Source: Coprothermobacterota bacterium
GTDB taxonomy: Bacteria > Coprothermobacterota > Coprothermobacteria > Coprothermobacterales > Coprothermobacteraceae
Reading direction: 5' to 3'
Length of the DNA: 64,000 nt
Assembly (NCBI GenBank): GCA_036679065.1
Contig: JAZIGN010000001.1
Location: forward strand, 192,001 to 256,000
The translations under genes and the position numbers were made by a program. Shown here piece after piece: positions 51,022-60,571 of the stretch (position 1 is its first letter; every line of letters starts with the position of its first letter). Below the pieces are notes generated by a model. The model did no database searches, was not told the origin of the DNA, and worked only from the letters and a program-made list of their open reading frames with translations.

Positions 51022-51582
51022 TTGATTTCAACTAACGACTTAAGACCGGGCATCATAGTTGATTTGGATGGTACATTGTACCTAATCGTTACTGCTCAAC
51101 ATGTAAAACCAGGAAAAGGTTCTGCTTTTGTTCGCGTGAAAATGAAAAAATTATCGGATGGGTCTACTATTGAGCAGACGTTCAGAGCTGGAGAAAAAGT
51201 TCAAAGGGCTTATTTGGAAACAAAGCAAATGCAGTATTTATATTCTGACGGCGAGCATTTTGTTTTCATGGATACGGATACTTATGAGCAAGTCACGCTC
51301 TCGGGTGACATAATGAGTGATGTACAGCAGTGGTTAAAAGAAGGCATGATGGTTAATGTCCAGTTTTATCAAGGAAAAGCGGTAGGCATAGAAGTACCAA
51401 CTTTTGTTGAATTAGAGGTTGTTGAAACTGAACCAGGAGTTAGGGGTGATACCGCCCAAGGAGGCTCAAAACCTGCTAAGTTGGAAACTGGAGCTGTTGT
51501 GCAGGTTCCCTTGTTCATAACAGAAGGTGACATCATCAGAGTCGACACTCGAACTGGGGAATACGTAGAAAGGGTTGGTTAA
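51022..51582 (+). CDS. efp: Elongation factor P
   Basis: HVKPGKGSAF, PGVRGDT, KPAKLETG. Confidence 0.98.
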   Translation: MISTNDLRPGIIVDLDGTLYLIVTAQHVKPGKGSAFVRVKMKKLSDGSTIEQTFRAGEKVQRAYLETKQMQYLYSDGEHFVFMDTDTYEQVTLSGDIMSDVQQWLKEGMMVNVQFYQGKAVGIEVPTFVELEVVETEPGVRGDTAQGGSKPAKLETGAVVQVPLFITEGDIIRVDTRTGEYVERVG

Positions 51583-51584
51583 TT

Positions 51585-51878
51585 GTGCATTTAAGGTCTG
51601 AAGACATAGTTGTTCTAAGGGCGGCTCTTGCTCTAAGCTTAATGGAGGTACCTGGGGTAGCTAAGATGTCTCCTAAAGAGGCTATTAACAGGGTTCAGCT
51701 TTCTAGAGCCGCTGATGAGAAACTTTTGATTTCCATAAATGTGGACTTGGAAACAAATGCTGATCTGGGTGAAGTAAAAAACAGAATAAAGGATTTTGTC
51801 AGAAGGGTTCTATTGGCATATTTTGACAAAGAGCTGGACTACGACATTATTTTGGAAATCGAAAATGTCAAAGAGTAG
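51585..51878 (+). CDS. Asp23/Gls24 family protein
   Basis: AL.EVPGV motif; conserved efp-asp23-nusB order. Confidence 0.7.
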   Translation: MHLRSEDIVVLRAALALSLMEVPGVAKMSPKEAINRVQLSRAADEKLLISINVDLETNADLGEVKNRIKDFVRRVLLAYFDKELDYDIILEIENVKE

Positions 51879-52311
51879 AGGAAAACTTTTTGAAACAGGG
51901 CGAGAACTTTTGCTTCAGGAACTGCTCGGTTATGAGTTGGGTTTGACCAGCCAAGAAGATCTTTGGCCCAGGCTAAAGGTTGCCTTGCCAAAATCTGACA
52001 GAGTCAAACGTCATATAAAACGTCTGCTAAATGCTTATCTGGAAAACCGCGAAGAGATTGATATATGGATTGACCACAGTTTGAAGTCTAAGTCTTTTGC
52101 AGCTTACAGTGATTTAGAAAAAATGATAATGAGACTGGCTGTCGTAGAAACTCGGTTTTTTGGTGACGAAAAGATGATGCCGATTATTGTGAGCACTTGG
52201 GTAGATATTGCTAGGCGTTATGTTGACGAAAGTTTTGCTAAAGCAATACATGCCATCATGGGCACGTGCTATGAGGAACAAAATGCAGATACAGGATTAT
52301 CAAAACCTTAA
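51865..52311 (+). CDS. nusB: Transcription antitermination factor NusB (divergent)
   Basis: EEID..I, IMRLAVVE, VDIARRY..IHAIM; synteny. Confidence 0.8.
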   Translation: MSKSRGKLFETGRELLLQELLGYELGLTSQEDLWPRLKVALPKSDRVKRHIKRLLNAYLENREEIDIWIDHSLKSKSFAAYSDLEKMIMRLAVVETRFFGDEKMMPIIVSTWVDIARRYVDESFAKAIHAIMGTCYEEQNADTGLSKP

Positions 52312-54172
52312 ACAATGTGATTTGAAATCACTTAAGAATTTGGCTCAGGAAATTAGATCATTCATATTAGAATCAGTCCACAAGCAAGGTGGACACGTAG
52401 CATCTAATCTGGGTATGGTGGAGATAACTTTGGGCATAGCCCAAGTTTTTGACCTTGATCAAGATGCTGTTATTTTTGATACCTCTCACCAAAGCTATAC
52501 GTATAAACTACTGACACGAAGATCCGAAGATCTGCCTACTATTCGGACGTTGGGCGGATTATCGGGATTTACAGATCCAGTTGAGTCAACTTATGATAAG
52601 TACTATGCTGGTCACGCTGGTACAGGCTTAAGCCTTGCTTACGGTGAGGCAATGGCTAGAAAACTAAAAGGGGTGCCCGGGCGTGTGCTCGTAGTGGTAG
52701 GCGACGGTGCTCTGACCAACGGCATTAGTTATGAAGGATTAAACAACATAGGTGCCAGTGGGCTGCCCATAGTGATCATTCTCAATGACAATGAACACAG
52801 CATTTCTAAAAATGTGGGAGCTATGGCTGCATATTTGGCCAAACTAAGATCTTCAGGTACCTACAAGAGCATGAAAAAATTCGTTACAAGCACTCTGAGA
52901 AAGGCTGGGGCTAAGAACATTGAAGATGCTCTTGAAAAAGCGAAGTTGGCACTCAAGGAAGCGTTTCAGTTAGATACGTTCTTCGAGAAGCTTGGAATTG
53001 TGTATTTAGGGCCCTTTGATGGGAACGACTTGGAGTCTGTGCTTATAGCTCTGGAAATAGCTCAGAGTTTTGATAAGCCAACGGTGGTTCACTTCTTGAC
53101 AAGAAAGGGCGCAGGCTATGAGCCCGCAGAAAAGTCTCCGGTGGCATTCCATAGTGCGGCTCCGTTCAATATTAGAACGGGCGAAATGAAACCTGAAACT
53201 TCGAGAACCTTTACAAAGGCATTTGGGGACTTTATGGCTGAGATTGGCAAAGACACTGATGTGGTTGCACTCACAGCTGCCATGACTGACGGTACTGGGC
53301 TCAGTCAATTTGCAGAGAGATATCCAGACCGTTTTATTGATGTAGGTATTGCAGAAGAACACGTGGTACTAACTGCTAGTGCAATGTCGTCTCATGGTCT
53401 TAAGCCTGTTGTGGCAGTTTATTCCACCTTTCTGCAGCGCTCCTATGATCAACTCTTACATGACATAGCCCTACCAAAAAAGCATGTGGTGTTTGCTTTA
53501 GATAGGGCCGGGCTTGTTCCGTCGGATGGCCCAACCCATCAAGGTCTATGGGATATTGCCTATGCTTTGCACGTACCAAACAGCCGAATTTATACTCCTT
53601 TTGATGAAGAGTCCCTCATACGGTCATTACGGGAGGCTCTGGAATGCGATGTTCCTTGTTTTGTGCGTTACCCTAAAGCAGTACTCACACAGGTGGAGCT
53701 CGAAAACCATGGCAGCTTTGTCTATGCAGGCTTTGGACAAGATGTCACACTGGTCGCTTACGGCCCTATGGTAATTCAGGCAGCAGATGCTTTGGACCAT
53801 CTAAAGAATTACGGTATTATGGGGGAGGTTTTTGGTCTTTGGCAGGTTCGTCCCCTGCCCGATGGATTATGGGAGCATCTTCAGGGGAAAAGAAGCATTT
53901 ATGTAGTGGAGGAAGGTATTAAAGACTATGGCGCTGCAGCTTTTCTGAGAAGTTTGGGACTGGAAGTGTACTCCTTGGGTGTTGCAGATCCATTTGTTCC
54001 TGCTGGAACCAGAGAGCAACTTCTTCAACTGTGCCATTTGGATGCTGAGGGCATAGCAAAAAGAATAACAAGGCGTGAACTGTTGCGTCGCCCGCTGAAG
54101 CAGGCGAAAACGGGCTTTTCGCCATCAGAACCTTCTGTAGTACCATCATTAGTTAGAAAAAGACCAAGCTAG
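52283..54172 (+). CDS. dxs: 1-deoxy-D-xylulose-5-phosphate synthase
   Basis: GGHVASNLG, GDGAL...NDN TPP motif, DVGIAEEH, YSTFLQR, DGPTH. Confidence 0.97.
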   Translation: MQIQDYQNLKQCDLKSLKNLAQEIRSFILESVHKQGGHVASNLGMVEITLGIAQVFDLDQDAVIFDTSHQSYTYKLLTRRSEDLPTIRTLGGLSGFTDPVESTYDKYYAGHAGTGLSLAYGEAMARKLKGVPGRVLVVVGDGALTNGISYEGLNNIGASGLPIVIILNDNEHSISKNVGAMAAYLAKLRSSGTYKSMKKFVTSTLRKAGAKNIEDALEKAKLALKEAFQLDTFFEKLGIVYLGPFDGNDLESVLIALEIAQSFDKPTVVHFLTRKGAGYEPAEKSPVAFHSAAPFNIRTGEMKPETSRTFTKAFGDFMAEIGKDTDVVALTAAMTDGTGLSQFAERYPDRFIDVGIAEEHVVLTASAMSSHGLKPVVAVYSTFLQRSYDQLLHDIALPKKHVVFALDRAGLVPSDGPTHQGLWDIAYALHVPNSRIYTPFDEESLIRSLREALECDVPCFVRYPKAVLTQVELENHGSFVYAGFGQDVTLVAYGPMVIQAADALDHLKNYGIMGEVFGLWQVRPLPDGLWEHLQGKRSIYVVEEGIKDYGAAAFLRSLGLEVYSLGVADPFVPAGTREQLLQLCHLDAEGIAKRITRRELLRRPLKQAKTGFSPSEPSVVPSLVRKRPS

Positions 54173-54251
54173 GTAGATCCTTTTTCATTTATCACAACGT
54201 GCATGAGTGAGAATGTTTTTTGTTTTCCTTTCTTTTTGAATTAAACTTATA

Positions 54252-55070
54252 ATGATGGGTGGTACAGTACGTTTTAAAAGTTTTCATATCGAATCGCATC
54301 TGTGGAAAACTTCGGCTTTTGAGGTTGTAGAGCTTTTTAGACAAACGGCTCGAACTAGGGGTCTTGAAGAAACAACGTGTCAAGATGCCGATGTCTTAGT
54401 AGCAATTGGTGGTGATGGAACATTCCTGCGCACGGCGCAAATGGCTTTCACATTCAAAAAACCTTTTTGGAGCCTTGGAACCGGGAGGTTGAACTTTCTT
54501 CCAAACAATGTTCCTGATATTCACAAAGCCATGGTAGATTTTTTCGAAGGTGACTTAGAGGTAGAGTATTTACCTGTTTACAGGTGGTTGCTCGGAGAAA
54601 AAGATGTGTCTTCTCGATCTAGTTTTTTTATAAACGATTTGGTAGTAGCAAAACCGGGTTATGACACTACTATAACCCTTAGGGTCCTCGTAGACGGGAT
54701 GGACATCATATCTGCGGTTGGAGACGGAGTTATTATAAGCACGCCTTTGGGTTCTACTGCTTATAACCTTTCGGCTGGTGGACCAGTGATGGACAGAGGA
54801 GTAAGAGGATTTTGCGTAACACCGCTAAATGCCCACCAAACTAACCTTAGGCCCCTCATAGTACCTGAAGAGCGAGAAATCGGCGTGCAAGTCATTGAAG
54901 CATACAAAGGGGCTGTAGCGGTGGCTGATGGAAGCACCAGTTGCCAGCTCCCGGTGTCAAAGATGATCAGAATCTGGAGTTCAGGGGAAGTTGTAAAACA
55001 TCTTATAAACCGAGATGCTATGACTTTCTACGAGAGAGTCATTAGAAAGTTCGGTTGGTTAGGTTCATGA
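54252..55070 (+). CDS. nadK: NAD kinase
   Basis: GGDGTFL, GRLNFL, ND, GDGVIISTPLGSTAYNLSAGGP; start uncertain. Confidence 0.93.
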   Translation: MMGGTVRFKSFHIESHLWKTSAFEVVELFRQTARTRGLEETTCQDADVLVAIGGDGTFLRTAQMAFTFKKPFWSLGTGRLNFLPNNVPDIHKAMVDFFEGDLEVEYLPVYRWLLGEKDVSSRSSFFINDLVVAKPGYDTTITLRVLVDGMDIISAVGDGVIISTPLGSTAYNLSAGGPVMDRGVRGFCVTPLNAHQTNLRPLIVPEEREIGVQVIEAYKGAVAVADGSTSCQLPVSKMIRIWSSGEVVKHLINRDAMTFYERVIRKFGWLGS

Positions 55071-56668
55071 TTTCAAGTGTAAAATTCAGTGGTTCCGATG
55101 TCATTGAAGATGTTTGCCTTCCTTTTTCAGAAGGTTTGAATGTTATAACAGGCGAAACGGGTACAGGCAAGACAGTACTCATAAACTTGCTCGGCTATAC
55201 GCTGGGCTTTCCATTACAGATCCCGTTCTTTCTGAAGAAGGGACAGGTAGAAGTTCACTTCTCACAAGGACAAGAAGAGTACGTTGTGAAACTACAGTTG
55301 GGTGGTAGTAGGCGAACGTTGGAATTAAACAGCCAGCGGGTTGGCAAGAAACAACTTAGAACGCTGTTTCAAAACCGTGTTATTTTATCTTCACAATTTG
55401 ACTCTAAGATATTAGAATCTTCTGAGCAAATTCTTAGTGTGCTTGATTCATTTGCCGGTTTAGGAGACCTTCATAATACCTACATTTCGGTTTTTGGCAA
55501 ACTAAGTGAAGTAGACAGCTCTCTGAGACGGTTAACAGAGCAGCTTTCTCAGTCAGCAAAAGTGAGGGAAAGTCTACAGTCAGAGCTTGAAGAACTAAGA
55601 GCCTTCGGTCCCAAAGAGGGGGAGTATGAGGAGCTAAAGAGCTTGCTACTGAAAATCAGTGAAAAGGAGCACATAACTGAGGCTAGACGGCAAGTAGTTG
55701 AAATCCTTCAGGAAGAATCACCGTTTTATGAAGGTTTAAAGAGCTTGCGTGCGGCACTTTCATCTCTGAGTACGTTCTATGAGGACGCTTCTACTGCTCT
55801 AAGACTTGTTGACGAACTTCGCCGCAGCTTAGAAACATTGAAATCGGGGTCGGAGGAGCTTGAAGTTAATCAGTCTAATGTTGACGAGATCAACGAACGA
55901 TTGTTCAAGTATGAGAAGTACTTTCGTCGATACGGATTTGGAGAGTCTTCGATTATTGGCAGAATTCATCAGCTCGAAGCAGAACTTCAGCAAATTGATA
56001 GCCTGCCCGACAGATTGGAGGAACTTAGCAAAAGCAGAGAGATGCTAAAAAGCCAGCTTATTGCCGCTGGCCTAGAGTTAGCTAAAAGACGCAGAAATGC
56101 CGTTGAACGGGCTTTAGCAGACATGCAAATGTTCCTTCGTGAGACCAATGTGGAAGGCGATTTTTCGTGGCAATGGGTACCAACAGAGAACAGCTCGTTG
56201 GGCTTGGAAATTCCACAAATTGGCATGGTAAGATCTGGACAGTTTGTTCCTGCTTCTGCTCTTTCTGGCGGAGAAAAGAATCGACTTTTACTCGCTTTTA
56301 GAGTAGTATTTAGTTTCCCCAATTCAGTTCTCATATTTGACGAGCCTGATGCTGGTCTTGGAGGTGAAACGCTTTCGAGACTAGTAAACCTTCTTAAACG
56401 GGTGTCTGAGAATAGGCAGATCATATTAATTACTCACAATCCGCAAGTGGCAGCTGCTGCCAAGAGTCACTTCTTGGTGGAGAGAATATTAAATGATGAT
56501 AAAATGCGTGTTAAAATAAACTTGTTACAAGGTCAAAGGAGGATCCACGAAGTAGCAAAGATGATAGCTGGACAGTACGTTACTGCCACAACGCTGGAAT
56601 TAGCCAGCGAGCTGGTTAACCGACTCTCAGGAGGTGAACCGTTTGGAGAAGTTTATACTGGTGATTAA
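55067..56668 (+). CDS. recN: DNA repair protein RecN
   Basis: GLNVITGETGTGKT, coiled coil, LSGGE, IFDEPDAG, ITHNPQVAA. Confidence 0.93.
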   Translation: MISSVKFSGSDVIEDVCLPFSEGLNVITGETGTGKTVLINLLGYTLGFPLQIPFFLKKGQVEVHFSQGQEEYVVKLQLGGSRRTLELNSQRVGKKQLRTLFQNRVILSSQFDSKILESSEQILSVLDSFAGLGDLHNTYISVFGKLSEVDSSLRRLTEQLSQSAKVRESLQSELEELRAFGPKEGEYEELKSLLLKISEKEHITEARRQVVEILQEESPFYEGLKSLRAALSSLSTFYEDASTALRLVDELRRSLETLKSGSEELEVNQSNVDEINERLFKYEKYFRRYGFGESSIIGRIHQLEAELQQIDSLPDRLEELSKSREMLKSQLIAAGLELAKRRRNAVERALADMQMFLRETNVEGDFSWQWVPTENSSLGLEIPQIGMVRSGQFVPASALSGGEKNRLLLAFRVVFSFPNSVLIFDEPDAGLGGETLSRLVNLLKRVSENRQIILITHNPQVAAAAKSHFLVERILNDDKMRVKINLLQGQRRIHEVAKMIAGQYVTATTLELASELVNRLSGGEPFGEVYTGD

Positions 56669-57734
56669 TCCTGGGTCTACTTCTACGAAATTAGCACTGT
56701 TTCGAGCTTTGGAGAATGAAGTTGAAGTTGCAGTTGAAGAAAATGTTTCGGTGCCCGTAGACCTATTGGAGCAGAAGCCTCACTACGTCGATCAAATTGA
56801 CTTCAGACTACAGCAGGTATTGGAGTTCATTGACAAACACGGTGTTACATCTGACCAAATACTTTGCATCGCATCCCGTGGTGGTCCCATAAAACCATTG
56901 CCTGCTGGAACCTATAAGATCACCAAAGAAATAGAACGGGACATAATGCAGGAGCGCATATTAAGTCCTCACAGCTCACTCATAGGACCTGTTGTGGCTT
57001 TTAGGCTTTCTCAGGAGTGGGGTGTCCCGGCTTATTTCACTGATCCAGTATCGGTGGACGAATTCATACCTGAGGCTAAGGTCAGTGGATTGCCCGAGAT
57101 TCCGCGCTACAGTGCGCTTCATGCTCTCAATTTAAGGGCTGTGGCAAGAAAGTACGCTGAATCCAAAGGAAAATCAATAGACGAACTTACGGCAGTGATA
57201 GCCCATTTGGGTGGCGGTTTTAGCATTGCTGCCCTAGAAAAGGGAGAGCTCATCGACTCAACTAACCCCAATGAAGAGGGCCCTTTTCAGCTAGAAAGGG
57301 CAGGTTCTTTGCCAGTCTCGGACTTCGTAAATTACATCTACGAGAATTGGCCTGATCAAAAGAATCTACGAAGACGTATATCTGGGAAAGGCGGGTTAGT
57401 AGCCTATTTTGGCACAAACGATTTTAGAGAAATATTAAAGCTTTCTAAAGAGGATAAAGACAAAGCTTTGGTGCTTGAGAGCATGTATTACCAGGTTGCA
57501 AAGTACATAGCTGCCATGAATGCAGTGCTTCGGAATGAGGCTGAAGTTATCATCCTCACCGGAGGTATTGTCTACAATGACGAGGCTGTGGATGGAATAA
57601 AGCGGTACAGCAGTTGGCTTAAAAAACCTTATGCCATTTACCCTGGTGGGTACGAGATGGAAGCTTTGGCAATCGGTGCGTTTAGAGCCTTTAAGGGTAT
57701 TGAACCTTTGCGTGTTTATGGGGGTAACGACTAA
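56643..57734 (+). CDS. buk: Butyrate / branched-chain carboxylate kinase, copy 1
   Basis: INPGSTSTK, RGG, DPVSVDE, HALN, AHLGGG, ERAG; TTG 56643 gives correct SD spacing. Confidence 0.93.
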   Translation: MEKFILVINPGSTSTKLALFRALENEVEVAVEENVSVPVDLLEQKPHYVDQIDFRLQQVLEFIDKHGVTSDQILCIASRGGPIKPLPAGTYKITKEIERDIMQERILSPHSSLIGPVVAFRLSQEWGVPAYFTDPVSVDEFIPEAKVSGLPEIPRYSALHALNLRAVARKYAESKGKSIDELTAVIAHLGGGFSIAALEKGELIDSTNPNEEGPFQLERAGSLPVSDFVNYIYENWPDQKNLRRRISGKGGLVAYFGTNDFREILKLSKEDKDKALVLESMYYQVAKYIAAMNAVLRNEAEVIILTGGIVYNDEAVDGIKRYSSWLKKPYAIYPGGYEMEALAIGAFRAFKGIEPLRVYGGND

Positions 57735-57735
57735 T

Positions 57736-58629
57736 ATGGCTATAAATAGTTTACAGAGCTTGCTGGACATGGCAAAGAAAAGTGAAAATCAGAGGGTAGC
57801 TGTTGCAGGCTTTGATGAGGAATCAAAGCAAGCCATAGAAAGAGCTGCAAATGAGCTAGGCTTGGCATTTACGGTGTTTGATTGGCGTTTCCATGGAGAA
57901 ATAGGACTGCCGTCGCAGGTGGAGTTTGTGAATTGTTCATCTCCTGAGGAAAGTGCGTTTCAAGCAGCAAAAGCAGTTTCCGATGGACATTGTTCCATAG
58001 TTATGAAAGGGTTTGTAAGCACTTCAACCTTTTTAAAGGCCATATTGGATAAGAGTTTATCGTTGAGGGGCAAGGGGCTTATGTCTCATTTGGCCCTTTT
58101 CGAGGTCCCCACATATCACAAAATCATTGGTGTGACTGATGGTGGCATGATAATAGCTCCCGATTTAGAGCAGAAGGTTCAAATAATTGAAAATGCTGTG
58201 TCGTTTTTTGATGCGATGCATTACGAGCAAATCAAGGTTGCTGTTCTCTGCGCTGAAGAAAGGCCGAATCCCAACATGCCCTGCACCTTGGATGCTGCAG
58301 TTTTGAGAACGATGAGTGAGCGTGGTGAGTTTGGCAAGAACGTACTAGTAGACGGACCATTGGCTTTTGACTTGGCTTTTAGCGCTAGAGCTGCTCAAGT
58401 AAAAGGTGTGAGCTCACCAGTAGCAGGCGATGCGGACGTGCTGCTTGTTCCTGATATTGAAGCTGGTAATCTGCTGGGCAAAAGTTTTTCTTTCCTCTGT
58501 GGAGGTAAAATGGCGGGGTTGGTGTTAGGTGCAAATTGTCCTGTAATTTTGCCGTCGCGTTCTGACAGCGACGAGAACAAGTTTTATTCAATCGTGGCAG
58601 CTGTTGCCTTCACAGGAGGTGCTCAGTAA
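57736..58629 (+). CDS. ptb: Phosphate butyryl/acyltransferase
   Basis: MKG, SH, TDGG, DGPLAFD, PDIEAGN, SRSD. Confidence 0.93.
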   Translation: MAINSLQSLLDMAKKSENQRVAVAGFDEESKQAIERAANELGLAFTVFDWRFHGEIGLPSQVEFVNCSSPEESAFQAAKAVSDGHCSIVMKGFVSTSTFLKAILDKSLSLRGKGLMSHLALFEVPTYHKIIGVTDGGMIIAPDLEQKVQIIENAVSFFDAMHYEQIKVAVLCAEERPNPNMPCTLDAAVLRTMSERGEFGKNVLVDGPLAFDLAFSARAAQVKGVSSPVAGDADVLLVPDIEAGNLLGKSFSFLCGGKMAGLVLGANCPVILPSRSDSDENKFYSIVAAVAFTGGAQ

Positions 58630-59699
58630 TGGGATTTCAAATATTAACCATAAACCCGGGTTCTACAAGTACGAAAGTTGCCTGGTTTGATGATGATAAG
58701 TTGGTTTGGAAGGATTCAGTGGAGCACGATACTGTAACGCTGTCACAGTTTCCTAGTATTGCTGCTCAGTTTGAACTGAGAGCTTCAGAAGTGGAAAAAG
58801 CCGTAGAAAAGCACGGCAGTGATTTGAACACCCTCGATGCTGTTGTGGGACGTGGCGGTTTGCTTCGCCCCATCTCCAGTGGTGTGTATAGTGTGAATGA
58901 GACCATGCTTAAAGAGCTTATCGATGCACGCTATGGTGAGCATGCATCAAACTTAGGCGCTCCCATTGCCCATGCTATAGCATCAAAAGTCGGGTGTCCT
59001 GCTTTCATTGTTGACCCGGTAGTAGTTGACGAAATGGATGACATTTCCAAGCTTAGCGGTTGGCCTGAACTTCCTCGAAAGAGTATTTTTCATGCTCTAA
59101 ATCAGAAAGCAGTTGCTCGTCGCGTGGCAAGGGATTTTTTCTCAGTACCTTATGAACAGCTCAATCTCATAGTAGCTCACCTAGGTGGTGGCATTAGCAT
59201 TGGCGCTCACAAAAAGGGACGCGTTGTGGATGTGAATAACGCTCTTGGTGGAGAAGGACCTATGAGCCCTGAAAGAGCAGGGACCCTGCCCATCATGAAA
59301 CTAGCAGATTATCTGTACGAGCACAAACCTGATAGAAAAGAGTTTTCTAAGAAGCTCGTTGGTAAAGGTGGATGGGTAGCCCACCTAGGAACAAATAGTG
59401 GTAAAGATCTAGAGGAACGTGTGAAAAATGGAGATGAACATGCAATACTTATCCTAAAAGCCACCGGTTATCAAATTAGTAAGTGGATAGCTCAGATGGC
59501 TGTGGCGCTAGCAGGGGAAGTAGACGGAATAATCATAACAGGCGGGCTGGCATATATCCCTGAGTTAGTTGACTTTATTCAGGAAAGAGTCCTCTGGATC
59601 GCTCCTGTTTTTGTTGTGCCTGGAGAGGATGAAATGCTGGCTTTAGCAGAAGGCGCTCTTAGAGTGCTACGAGGACAGGAGGAAGCGAAGACATACTAG
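58629..59699 (+). CDS. buk: Butyrate / branched-chain carboxylate kinase, copy 2
   Basis: INPGSTSTK, HASNLG, DPVVVDE, HALNQKA, HLGGGIS, PERAG, PGEDE. Confidence 0.96.
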   Translation: MGFQILTINPGSTSTKVAWFDDDKLVWKDSVEHDTVTLSQFPSIAAQFELRASEVEKAVEKHGSDLNTLDAVVGRGGLLRPISSGVYSVNETMLKELIDARYGEHASNLGAPIAHAIASKVGCPAFIVDPVVVDEMDDISKLSGWPELPRKSIFHALNQKAVARRVARDFFSVPYEQLNLIVAHLGGGISIGAHKKGRVVDVNNALGGEGPMSPERAGTLPIMKLADYLYEHKPDRKEFSKKLVGKGGWVAHLGTNSGKDLEERVKNGDEHAILILKATGYQISKWIAQMAVALAGEVDGIIITGGLAYIPELVDFIQERVLWIAPVFVVPGEDEMLALAEGALRVLRGQEEAKTY

Positions 59700-59700
59700 C

Positions 59701-60333
59701 ATGATTGCTCAATTAAGCACGTTTTTCGATGAGGAGAGTTTGATTGCGCTAACAGGACCTCGTGGTTCAGGTAAGACAGAAATTGCAATTAACTTGATGG
59801 CGAATTTCGACAATGTTCAGGTTTACGACGCTGACATGTACAAACCTTTGATGAGAGCTCGAGATGTCGCAATGGGCGACCGAAGGGAGGGAAGTATAAA
59901 CCCTCAGTGGAAATACATGGATACACCTGTTATTGAATATACTCCTGAAGTATGGTTGAAACAAGGGCTTAAAGTAGTTTTGGACATGGGTGGTGGCGAA
60001 CTTGGACTGGTTCCCTTAACCACCATAAAGAACTTGCTGCGGGATAGGAACATATTGTTTTATGTAGTGGTTAACCCTTATAGGCCGCAAGCAGATTTTT
60101 TGGTAAGACGCGTTCTGTCCATGCTTCCTGAACCACCGAATTTTATTCTGAATCCACATCTATTGGATGAAACGGATGCGGATGTGGTTCTCCATGGTTT
60201 GGAACTTTATAAGGAAATGCACTTGCCTGAGCCAAGCATTTTGGTACTGTTGGAACAAGTGGCTAAAGAGGTCGAGAAGGTGGTAGATTTACCACTTTTC
60301 CCAATAAGAAGATATTTGCAAATGGAGGTGTAA
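59701..60333 (+). CDS. Uncharacterised P-loop NTPase
   Basis: GPRGSGKTE Walker A, DAD, LDMGG, VVNPYRP. Confidence 0.8.
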   Translation: MIAQLSTFFDEESLIALTGPRGSGKTEIAINLMANFDNVQVYDADMYKPLMRARDVAMGDRREGSINPQWKYMDTPVIEYTPEVWLKQGLKVVLDMGGGELGLVPLTTIKNLLRDRNILFYVVVNPYRPQADFLVRRVLSMLPEPPNFILNPHLLDETDADVVLHGLELYKEMHLPEPSILVLLEQVAKEVEKVVDLPLFPIRRYLQMEV

Positions 60334-60337
60334 GAGC

Positions 60338-60571
60338 ATGAGTGAACAGGCTCTAAAAGTTGTCATCGATGAAGAGCTATGCAAGCAATGCGAGCTCTGT
60401 GTCGCAATTTGTCCCATGCATGTGCTGAGGATTTCTAGCAAAATAAACAGCAAAGGTTTCCACCCTGCAGAGCTTTTTGACAATGACAAATGCATAAGCT
60501 GTGGATTTTGTGCTATGACATGCCCTGAAAGGGCTATCGCTGTTTACAAGCCGGAGGTGGAAAAAGCATGA
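60338..60571 (+). CDS. 2[4Fe-4S] delta subunit of 2-oxoacid:ferredoxin oxidoreductase
   Basis: CKQCELCVAICP and CISCGFCAMTCP. Confidence 0.93.
   Translation: MSEQALKVVIDEELCKQCELCVAICPMHVLRISSKINSKGFHPAELFDNDKCISCGFCAMTCPERAIAVYKPEVEKA

Noticed and set aside
53919..54187. Minus-strand frame MKKDLPSLVFF*LMMVLQ... resembling an interrupted small gene
   Set aside because: Antisense to dxs, in-frame stop, no convincing SD or motif
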